DNA of 64,000 nt from Bigelowiella natans CCMP2755. Taxonomy: Eukaryota; Protista; Cercozoa. This document shows positions 53,153-64,000 of this stretch, piece after piece; position 1 is the stretch's first letter, and each line of letters begins with the position of its first letter. The DNA is taken from NCBI GenBank assembly GCA_000320545.1, contig ADNK01001326.1:1-64000 (forward strand). The letters are read 5' to 3'. The notes under the pieces were generated by a model. That model ran no database searches. It saw only the letters and a program-made list of their open reading frames with translations, and was not told the DNA's origin. The position numbers were made by a program, and so were the translations under genes.

Positions 53153-53814
53153 ATGGAGCTACACACCGGGGCTTCGCCACGTTAAATTTATTCTTCTTAA
53201 TGATTGCTTATCAATTATTTTTATGTAAAAGATAAAATCGATCTCCTTCACAGAGCAGAGCTATACCTACACCTTTCAGTGTATTTGCTTCCAATATATA
53301 TTCTGCTTTTTATATGATAATTAATTGCACTTGTAACACAAATTTGTCGTAAATATTTATGTAATATCCATACCGCACACCCTATAAGTTTTGCTGGCTG
53401 CAGATTTATTTATAATCTCATGGAAGATCAACAAAATTTTGGGATTATTAGTAGCTTTCCTCGAAATGAGAGCTGCTATAATCAAATTCACCGTTCACAT
53501 GACGAAGCAGTGAAAAGATACTTCACAATGCATTTCGATTCGATTTATGCACGGCACTCGCGCGTCTCTCTGGTCTCTGTGCATACCTCTAGATTTATAA
53601 CAGCCATTCATAAAGCTAGCATGCCTTATTATTACTTTTACGAACTCCAGTGCATTTGAATGACTGATAGTACGTAATATAATAAGCTGCGCAAGCCTGA
53701 TCTTAGAGATCATGCATTAACTTGATTGTCAATGCATTGTTTCTTCTTATAGTAGCACATGCTGCGCATTGTTACCACATCTGTACATAATATATATAAT
53801 GAATACTTATACTT

Positions 53815-53905
53815 GTCTGTAGCCGCAGCATTATTGTCAACTACACAAAGATGACAATTGCAAAGTCTTTAATCACTTCTAGACTTCATTGCAGTAACCG
53901 TCTCA
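53815..53905 (+). mobile_element. Highly diverged LINE 3'-tail copy
   Basis: GTAGCCGCAGCATT..CTACAC..GATGACAATTG..CTTCATTGCA..CCGTCTCA matches the LINE tail consensus. Confidence 0.55.
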
Positions 53906-54338
53906 GGCTTGTCTCTTGTTATCTTAGGCATTAATTATTGTTCACTGCTGCATTAATTTAATGATAGCAATACCCTAATGATATATTGCTCCGCTAGGCG
54001 ACACAATCAACTAAGCAGCGAATAATGATACGGGATGCGGATATGTTATCTTTTAGTCTATTAGTAGTGCCTCATAGCTCTTCGCGAGCACACAAGGCAT
54101 AGCATTACAGCTTCAACACACTATTAGAATTATTATTATGCTAATACGATTGCGTACGACGATATTGGATACTACACATACACAGCAGTGTCCGTACTAT
54201 GCAACGATTTTATGGTACTACGTCTCAGACTCTACTATGAATTCGCTGTCATTGACTTTTTGATTGAAGCGCACTTGGACATAATCTACATTATGGTGAG
54301 CACAATATGTTGGGTCGACCGGGATGATCTATCGATCG

Positions 54339-54773
54339 TTATGATCTCTTAATTTCGCCTGCAACAGGAACGCCTCTTTCATCACGAAGTGTTCGGTGAG
54401 AGTTTATTCGGGTGATGCCAAGACCACTCCGAATGGGTAATTGCAGCGCCCCGTCTAATGGACTTTGCATGTTGGTAGCTAAAGACTCGACTCTCGATTC
54501 ATATCTTTCGGAACGCTGCCTTGTTGTTTTGATATCATAGTAAGACTCGTCGTTTTCTTTTTTTGGGCCTGGCAAACAGGCTACCACCAACCCTAATGCA
54601 AGGGACACTCCAACAAATGATATAAACGTGTATGCACCCGCTGGAGACTTCAACGCTAATGTGAATCTAGCAAATATAAGGAAGGATATGGCGCATAAAA
54701 GACATCCAGTTCCAATGTAGAACGACATCATCGCGAACCTGAGTGGCAGACGATCTAGATGAGAATAATATGA

Positions 54774-54853
<80 letters not shown>

Positions 54854-56155
54854 CTTTGATTTTCTCATCATAAATTCGACAGATCATAACCTTGCTGGGA
54901 TCTTTAGGTTTTGGTGCCAAAATGCCTCAAATTCCGTCATAGAGATCACTTCTGCGTCCATATGATCTGCCGGGGCTCCTGCTTTCTGATCCATGAAGAC
55001 AGATTTCGAGGGCAGTTGACTAGCATTGTACGAGCATTTTCTACCAAACGCCTTCGTTTTTTCTTCTTTTGGGTCCCTGATTATCGTTGCTCTTCTTGTT
55101 GCCTTGAAGGCCTTCGGTTGACGATTTATTCTATCGTCTGTAACAAGTCGTCTGTTCAGATAGTGACGAGTGAGGTATCTATTAATTTCCCTTCGTTTTG
55201 TACTCAATTTCTTTAGTAAGTCTTCATAATCCTCCGATTTCTTTTTGCTGTCATTATTAGGTATTCCTGATGAGGGAGTAGCAGTAGAGATCCCACCAGG
55301 AACTCCTGATACTCCAGTAGAGACAGGAGCGGGGCGAGGTGTAGGTCGCTCGTTACGTTTGTCCCCGCCAGTCGTGAAATCTTCTTGCATTTTAAACAAT
55401 TGATCCATCACTTTCGTTGCTTTCAGAACCAAATTTGTCACTACAGTTTGATGCTTATTCGTCAATCGATACATAAAGCTCGACATTGCAACGACAGTCT
55501 TGATACACAGAATGATGGAGACAAATAGGAATGCAAATGCCATACCAACACTAGCACTATAGCCTATTATTACAGCGGTGTTCGAGTCGTCTGGGAGTTC
55601 TCCTTCGACAATTACTGCCATACCCGCGGCAAACATAACCGTGGCTGCCAGCAAAAGAGTTTGGTATTGCGCATTCCTTTGATCCCACATGTCTCTATCC
55701 GCCTCTTTCCCAGCTACAATGAGGTCAGAGGTTATATCTTGAAGATGTTGCTCGAGTGCTGCACAAAGAGACACCTATAATTTGAATAAAATATAATGAC
55801 TTAAATTAAGCATCACCATCAAAATAAAAACAGCATCGAGGACCTGATGTAATTTTTGCTCCAATTTGATAGTTTGTTTGTGAAGGTCGCCGGTGAGTTT
55901 AACGCTCTCAGCATGACGCTCCTTATCAGCTTTAACAGATCTCAGGTCCAAAGCCATTTGTTTACGTTCTAGATCAAGAGCTACTCTATGATGTTTTTGA
56001 TCCATTTTTTTGGCGTCAAGGTGATGCTTTTTCTCCTGGCTAGTTGTAAATAGCGCCACTCCAAGGGAGGCCATGTTTATCATGGTCTCGAGTTTAAACA
56101 AACTGCTAGCAAAGCTACCATCTCCCTCATCGTTGCACCCTTTTGTCCAATCCAT
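54339..56155 (-). CDS. Four-TM membrane protein with N-terminal coiled coil, Orai/CRAC-channel-like
   Basis: TM1 QTLLLAATVMFAAGMAVIVEGELP (Glu at the Orai filter position), TM2 VIIGYSASVGMAFAFLFVSI, FEAFW..TM3 SFYIGTGCLLCAISFLIFARF, TM4 AYTFISFVGVSL. Three exons. Confidence 0.55.
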
Positions 56156-56857
56156 TTTTTCCAGCTTTTTCGCAGGCTTTAACCCGTGGATGTAGACTGG
56201 ACGATTAAGCGGTAATTAAGAGTTGAAGACTCTTTAGAGCCGTTGAGAGGAAAGTGGTAGCGACGCCAGACGTAGATAAATAACAAACACTAACAAAATG
56301 TGGTGCTACTTATATAATCCTTTTTATTCCATTATTCATTCAACGTGTCAATGGTTATTCTTGATACAGAAAGTTCCTTCCACCCAACCAGAGCCGCCTC
56401 CTCCCCTCTTCGTGAGGTGGTTGTTTTCGAAAACTGGTGAATGATGTTTATGAGGTACGTGGTTTGTCGTCTCATCCTAATGCCCTATGTTCTTCCCCTG
56501 CATCGTCAATATGCTCGATTCTTCTTCTTTAAGCTTCTAGAGTCCTGTTCAATGTATGTCGTTCATTGGTAATATGCTGGGTTTCATCAATCATAACTTG
56601 TTGTTATTTTACCTGTTGTTGTTGTTGTTGTTGTTGTTGTGCATTATTGTCAGGAGAATAACTACAACAAACAGTGGCACAGTTGTAGTAGTGTAGTGCT
56701 GTGCATTACATGAAGAGAACAAACAGCACAAGAATCATCAAAACTCATAAGGAAGAAGCACAAGCACAAGGAGGAGGAGGGGAAGGACACACACCAACCA
56801 TCATACCTCCAAAGGCATCACCCCCATCCTTTTAAAGTCAAGGCATTTTGAGTCATA

Positions 56858-57388
56858 ATGGGATGCCAATGCTGCTGCTCCGATCAGCCCAAGGACAAGG
56901 AAAAGTGCTGTTGCTATTCTGGCATAGGTGCCTTCTTAGTTCTACATAGGTGGCATTTGCGAGTTAAATTTACGTAATTAATTATGGCAGGTGTGGGTGC
57001 CTTCGGGATATTCGCCATTCTTTTTGGGATCTTCTTTTCTCGGTTCATCCTGCAGCAGTTTCAGCATGAACTCCACCATTCATTGCGGTAGTAGTGCGAG
57101 ACTAAAATCATAACCGCACACGCACAATGTATATTTTTTGAAAAACATCCGCGAGTACAATTTTAAGATGCGCAACATGTGCGTCGCACCTTTTATCGTA
57201 AGTATATTTGGATTGTATACTTATATCATCAATTGATTTGTTAACTTGTTTTGGTGCTGTTTGTCCTGCGCTGCGATTGTCTTGTGATATTGTGATAAAT
57301 TGTTGTTATAGGCTGCAGACTCCAGAAGAGGATCAAACCCTTTATAACCACTGGGCCAATGATAACTATGATGGAGCCTCTCCTGAGT

Positions 57389-57441
<53 letters not shown>

Positions 57442-58171
57442 TATTTGCAGTACCACCATTGTGCGTGTATAGGGCTTATTTAGGTCATGCCAGTCAACCA
57501 CAAGATTTGTGTTATTCTTCGCTCAATTTTCTCTTCTGTTTGCTCCTCCACATGTTGCATCTCCCTTGGCATCACCTGATTTAAAAACCTTTGGGCAATA
57601 TTATCTAGACATTGGTCCTACTGGATGTTCAATGTAACGAATGCAGATGATGTCATACTGAATGGCGCTGCTCCAATTGTCAACGAACACGGACCTTATG
57701 TGTACCGAGAATTTCATGTGGGGAATCTACCACCTAGATAGTGTGACTACTACTAACTACTACTACTACTACTTTAACAACATATGATGCATGAACTTAA
57801 ATAACATATGATGATGGTGGTGACATTACTGTCCTTCGTCGATGATCTGCAATCCCCTCTTGCTCTGGTTGTCTGTTACTATTTGACGTCATTATCAGCT
57901 TCGCTACAACGTGACATTTGCCGATGATAACAACCTTATCACATATAACGAGCAGTCCATTTATGCATTTGACAAAGCGTAAGTTTGGATAACTTATTTC
58001 CTTGACTCATAATCTAATTTAGATATCAATTTTTACTTGAGTGTGTATGCCTAACACCTCCTCGTCCCCCCTCTAGATTGTCGTGTTCCACGTGTAATGA
58101 GAATGACCAAATCGTTTCTCTTTATCCAACTTACATCACTCTCATCAAGGAGGTAGAAGAAGAAGAAGAAG

Positions 58172-58202
<31 letters not shown>

Positions 58203-58361
58203 TGTCGTTGAATCTATATTTTGATTTATCTTCTACCAGCTAAAGTTTCATCGGCGGTGATTGTTTTGTTTTGTTTCTCAACCATCTTTTTCAACTCTGG
58301 CACCAGATAATTTACCTTTCGCAACCATCATATTAACAACGTATACATTGAACTCACACTC

Positions 58362-58400
<39 letters not shown>

Positions 58401-58405
58401 TATTG

Positions 58406-58442
<37 letters not shown>

Positions 58443-60873
58443 TATGTGTTAGATTGTTAGCCTGTAATGCTAAATATAATATATATATATATATATATAT
58501 ATCTAACAGGCGGGAGATCAGTTGAGTTCGGAAGCGCTATTAATGTCTCCATTTGTGAATCTGACGTTGGTGTCACTGAGCAGAGTGGCAAAGGCGACAA
58601 ATGCGTGCTCCTCTGACGTTGAATGTAATCAAATGGCTATGAATCACTTCATCACAGCCGCTGGTATTCCCGGTGTGGTACCACCTCAAACAAGCGTCAC
58701 ACAGGCCAAAGACTTCAAGGCTAAGCTTCCTGATCTTGGACTTGAAATTTTTGCACAAATTCTTGACCTCCTGCCGATTCCACCCGAAATATCTCTCTCC
58801 GTTGCAAACGTTAAGGTGGTAATCAATATGGTGTGTGCTACTGCTACTATTTGAAGAGGAGGAGGAGGACCAAGTGATAATAAGTACATTAATAAGTCCT
58901 ACTTGTACTTATTATGATGATACACATTATTATCAGGTCAGCGAGGATTTTATCCAGCATGGGGCCTACGCTTGGGCATTTAACTCTTCTTCTTCTTCTT
59001 CTTCTTCTTCTTCTTCCTCTGGCTTCTCATGCGCCATGGGTTCACAGAAAAGCCCTGATCCTGATATGGGTTGCATCACCTTCTTTCTAGATTCGGTATA
59101 TTACTCCTTCCTCTTTCTCTTTCTCCTTCTCTTTCTCCTTGATGATATTGATGAAATGACTGTATAATAATGAAGACACTTGCATATATACAAATACTAC
59201 TACTACTATTCGTTCATAATATATCACGTACAATGTTGAATATAATGTCATGGTCGATCATCGTTTTTGCTACTGCTACTACTACTACTTCTTACTATTG
59301 TTTCTTCTACATCCACATCATCATCTCAGTTCTTGCTACAAACGTTGGACAAAACCTTTCCAGCTATTTCGGCATCTGATGCTGGAAACTTGACTACGCA
59401 CTTTATTACCCTTGGAAGCTCATTACTACCTGCATTATGCGATCTGGCAGGAGCTCTTCACCCGAATCAAGGTGCCTGTGGTTATAGGAAAGGTACAACA
59501 AAGTCTTGGCTCTTTCAGGTTGTTCTTCTAGTAGTAGGAGCAGCAGCAGTAGTAGTAGCAGAGATGATGATGATGATGATGGTGATGGTGGGTTATTATT
59601 ATTTTAATACATTTAATATTATTCTATACTTATATACTTATTCGAAGTCTTCGTCTTCTTCTTCTTCATAATTACCTTTTGCCTCTAGAGTCCATCTTTA
59701 TTATGTATCATCATCATCATCGTCGTCGTCATCATCATCAACACCATGATCCCTATTCACCATCATACATACTGCAGCTGGATGACCCCTTTTTACGGTT
59801 CCAAGATGCCGCAGCAAGTGGTGGTCAAGATCCCGGATTCGGAAGCTCTATAGCCAATACAGCTTTTTTTGCAAACTCGAATGCATCAAATGTTGCTGCG
59901 AGTTGGAAGGAGAATCAATTCTTTACCACTACCCAAACGGGCAAGGTACAAAAAAGAAGAAAAGACATATTTTGAGTAAGTAGTAGTAGTTCTATTGATA
60001 GTTGGGACGATGCAAGTTGATAATCCCATCCATCCAAATATATATTTCCTCCTTTTTCAGAAGGACATAAACAAAATAGACGCTGAGGTCGGATATGAGT
60101 CAAATTTCCGCATACTTCCTCAGTATGAGGACTCTAACACCACCGGGTAGTGCTAATAATAATTAAATACTAGTAGCTGCATACACTACTTTGTTACATA
60201 ACACGACGGTAACAACAGAAAATCATGATGATAATGATAATTATATAACATTATAGCCACCTTTCACGTTTTTGTGTTTCCCTGACCTTGTGAGTAATGT
60301 TATTTTATTATGATGGATGTCGTTGTTCCCTTCTTCCCTTCTTCCTCCTCCTCCTACTCAGATACTTCTGTGCAGGGCCTTCTCGAATCTGGGGTTCTGC
60401 TGTGGAACAGCCTTTTGGTCCAGGGTCGGCTGGATGGTTTGATTGGGTAGAATCGTTTACGAAAGAGGATCACGCCAAGGTACTGCTAACTAATAGGATA
60501 TAAATAAGGGTTAGGGGGAGAATAACAACAACAACAACAATAATAATAATAATAATACTTGGAAGGAGAAGATAGATGTGAGGGGGGTAATGGGAGTTTA
60601 TAATGTCCTAATATTGATGAGAAGAAGAGCACATAAGGACCGGAGAAATCGTTTTTCCTCTCTTTCATCCCCTCCTCCTCTTCCTCCTCCTCCGCGACGT
60701 GCTTGCTTGATTGATTGATTGATTCATTCATTCATGGATAATAATACGCCAACGACGGCGAAAAAGACGACTTAATGCTAGTAGTCATTGTTACACAGTA
60801 TTAGGGTTGTTCTTCCTTATAATAGAAAAGCACCATGTGTTTGTACAATAAGAACAACAACAGAAGACCCAGT

Positions 60874-60922
<49 letters not shown>

Positions 60923-61039
60923 CCCTTCATTGTTCTTGTGTTCTTTTTTCACATGAATGAATTATTGTGACTGCTGTTGCTGCTGCTGCTTCTACTACTA
61001 CTGCTGCTACTATTGCCTCACGACCACTCATTATTATTA

Positions 61040-61088
<49 letters not shown>

Positions 61089-62145
61089 TCTCCCCCCCCC
61101 TCTCTCCCCCCCCCTCTCCTTATGACCAAGGTGTGGGTAGATGAGATGCTAAGACCTGTTACTCTCAAGTACCGTGAAACCTATCGCTACAGAGGTACTA
61201 CTACTTCGACGTGTGTGTATGTGTATGTATGTGTGTGTGTGTGTGCGCGCGCGTGTGCTTGTCACGTCGTCGTTTGCTGTAGCTGAAGAATGTATTAGTA
61301 GTAGTGCTGGTAGCAACAGTAGCAGCAGGTATAATGTCGGTTGTCGACAGAAATGGATGATAAAAGCGCTTTATCGTTTTACGGCGTCTTCGTTATTACA
61401 GTCGTCGTCTTCTCGTTAGTCCTTGTTGTTCTGTTGAGGAACCCCTAGCTCATATGACTATTAGAATAATTGCTACTACTGTAACGTACTACTACGACGA
61501 CGACGCTATTGCTGCCACAACTCGCTATTGAAATGACGATATCTTACCATGTCTTTATTCTATAGGAATACAGGTTTTCCGTTATGAGATCGCAGATAAT
61601 GAGTTTTCGGTAATGCCCCAGTTTGATATCCACATACCAGGTAGTAGTAGTACTACTAGTAGTAGTAGTTAGTAAGAGAAGTAGTGGCTTGTGCTAGTAG
61701 TGCTAGTTCTTTCTTATATTGTCAACAACATATATTATATAAATTGTATATTCTCGTGTTGTTGTTGTTGTTGTTGTTCTTCTTCTTATTATTATTATTT
61801 TAGGGGTGTTGAACATGACATGCCCAAACCACGGTACCCCGATTCAACTTACCCTTCCGCACTATGCTAAAGCACAGATACCACCCTCGCTCCGAGTACA
61901 AGGGGTAGTAGTAGTAGTAGTAGTAGTAGTACATAGGACGTAGTGTTGTTTGAAGGGAAAATATTTTAGTGATCGCAATTACCATAATCATGATGTTTTA
62001 TGCCACCATCATCTCTATTTGCTTTAAGGTAACGGCTGTGATCCCTGACGAGCACTATTCGGTACTACATAATGAGGATGATCATATAACCTTGACAACA
62101 ACAACTATGATTTGTATCGTAGAGCTGCGATTGTGAATGATTGGT

Positions 62146-62185
<40 letters not shown>

Positions 62186-62350
62186 AACCCAGTAATGATA
62201 CAAATACGTGGTGGTGGTGGTGGTACGTCGTCGTCGTCGTCGTCGTCGTAGTTTTTAGATATAGACCCAATAACCGGAAGCACGTTGATTGGACACGAGA
62301 GACTGCAGATCAACCTCATGCTTCAACCAGAGTGGGTACTTGCGCAGGTA

Positions 62351-62381
<31 letters not shown>

Positions 62382-63343
62382 TGTTACGTACCTGCTGCAG
62401 CTGTTGCTGCTGCTGTTTAGGTGTAGATTATGAGAGGATGGATGGGTGTGGTGGTGGTGATGATGATTATTAGCATGATGGTTAGCATGGCAGCATCATT
62501 ATAGTGCACAGCATACATCCATGTGTTGCTGCATTGTATCCCCTTGTCATATTATTAGGGTGTGTCTCCTAGTAGTTCATTCAACACATCAAAGATACAT
62601 CCAGCTTTGTGGGTGGAGGACTCTGCCCACATGTCTGACCAGGTGATGATGATGATCATGATGATCAGCACGAGGAGGAAATAATAAAGAGAGAGAGAAA
62701 GAGGGGGGGGGGGGGGAGGGGAGGAGAGAGAAAAACACAGAATAATTACAATTCGTTGATTGACTGCAAAATGTCAATTTTACCATTAATGCTCGTGGAA
62801 AGTTCTTACATTCCTGTTGTGTGTGTGTTTTGTGTTGAAATGTGATGCGATTGGTTATGCATGGTGCTTGCAGAATGAACATGATTATAAGTCACAAGTA
62901 TGGTTTGTGCTAAATCTGCACAGGTAATTGGAGTAGTATGAATGTATGGATGTAGTAGTAGTAAAATAAGCTATGATCAGGATGGTGGTGGGCAATTGTC
63001 TACTGTTGAGCAATACCTTAACAATTTACGTGTTGTTTGTATTTTGTGTTGTCAGGGCAATTTTGATATCCTTTCTCACTGTCGGCTCTGTGGCGGTCGT
63101 TACTAGTTGCATCATGTAAGACAGACAAGAAGAACAAAAATTACAAATTGATGACGATCATGATATGACGATCACGAGCGCACCTATGAGCGATTAAGCT
63201 TGATAGCCACAAATCTCTTAGATTGCGCGTAGGCGTTGTTTCAATGTGTGAAAATGGATATAATATTGGTGCATAATATCCGATATTCTGGTTCGATTTG
63301 GTTAAAAATCAGATCATAGTTTTGGAAGTTAGTAGTAGTGGTC

Positions 63344-63379
<36 letters not shown>

Positions 63380-63816
63380 TCTTTTTATCAGCATTTACTT
63401 TCATCTACTATTCTATGCACACATGCACGCACACAAGGAACACACAAATATAATTTATTATAGTACAATGCATACAAATATAGATGCCATTTGGAGGATG
63501 ATTCGTAGTTCTCTGTGCACAATTTCCTTCTTCTCAGTTTTATATCGAAGAATATGATGTCATTAGTATTTCATTTCATAGATTGGCTATTGGTTGCTAC
63601 TACAAACGGAAAATGAAAGATTCTGAGACAAACGGCGATCGAATCAATTACCAAAAATTAGGTGGTTCTTATGCTGCTATGTCAGTGGTGATAGGAAAAA
63701 GTTGAAATTGACCGCATTCGTCTTCTGCTGTAACATTTATAAGAGTGTCTGTGTTTCTGTGTTTGTTTATACGCACCGTTCTCACAGATGCTTCAGTAAA
63801 TGATGGCAGCAAATAG
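56858..63816 (+). CDS. CD36/SCARB/LIMP-2 family class B scavenger receptor, multi-exon
   Basis: MGCQCCC N-terminus plus TM; YWMFNVTNADDVILNGAAPIVNEHGPYVYREF, YNVTFADD..ITY, MLRPVTLKY..GIQVFRY, DIDPITGS..RLQIN; C-terminal TM and YQKL tail. Confidence 0.88.
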
Positions 63817-64000
63817 TGCATAGAGCAGGAATATCTTTACGTACGCGTGGAGGGGAAAGCAACGATACGGATAAGCAGATATGTCATCATCATCATCATC
63901 ATCATACGCATCCCCTCGCTACAGTCCTCTACGATGCAGCATATCTGAACAAATAGCAGAGATATATAGCATGCGGGTAATAAGCGATGTTCCACAAACC

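Larger units (their letters stand above)
2500..63900. repeat. Dense intronic microsatellites: (TA)n, (GA)n, (CA)n, (TAG)n, (CAT)n, (GAA)n, (CAA)n
   Basis: Directly visible in the introns of the RRN3, rbgA, C13-like, TTLL, PTDSS and CD36 genes. Confidence 0.9.

Noticed and set aside
1-64000. tRNA, rRNA or other structured RNA genes
   Set aside because: None recognised by eye; tRNAscan-SE or Infernal would be needed to exclude them.

Overview
Eukaryotic chromosome end. The window opens with a (CCCTAA)n telomere and continues as a gene-dense, intron-rich arm whose introns are full of microsatellites. An RbgA-type GTPase with a signal peptide plus transit-peptide-like leader points to an alga with a secondary plastid, most plausibly a chlorarachniophyte (inference). 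About 12-13 spliced genes alternate almost strictly in strand: RRN3, a Zn2Cys6-PAS transcription factor, an alpha/beta hydrolase, an alpha-carbonic-anhydrase-like/DUF1622 fusion, RbgA/YlqF, a legumain-like protease, a WD40 protein, an FLZ zinc finger, a TTLL4/5-like glutamylase, a PS synthase, an Orai-like channel and a CD36/LIMP-2 protein. The main unexplained signal is six sharply bounded islands (the subtelomere and five intergenic repeat patches) in which TpA is almost absent except in CTAG. Aligned copies of a LINE tail, a MITE, local duplications and the telomere repeat show TA/TG/CA polymorphism at the same sites, and the youngest-looking insertion keeps TA. This indicates a repeat-targeted, double-stranded TpA->TpG/CpA (A:T->G:C) mutator, effectively a reverse RIP, which spares and even creates CTAG. 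Exon boundaries were read by eye and are approximate.
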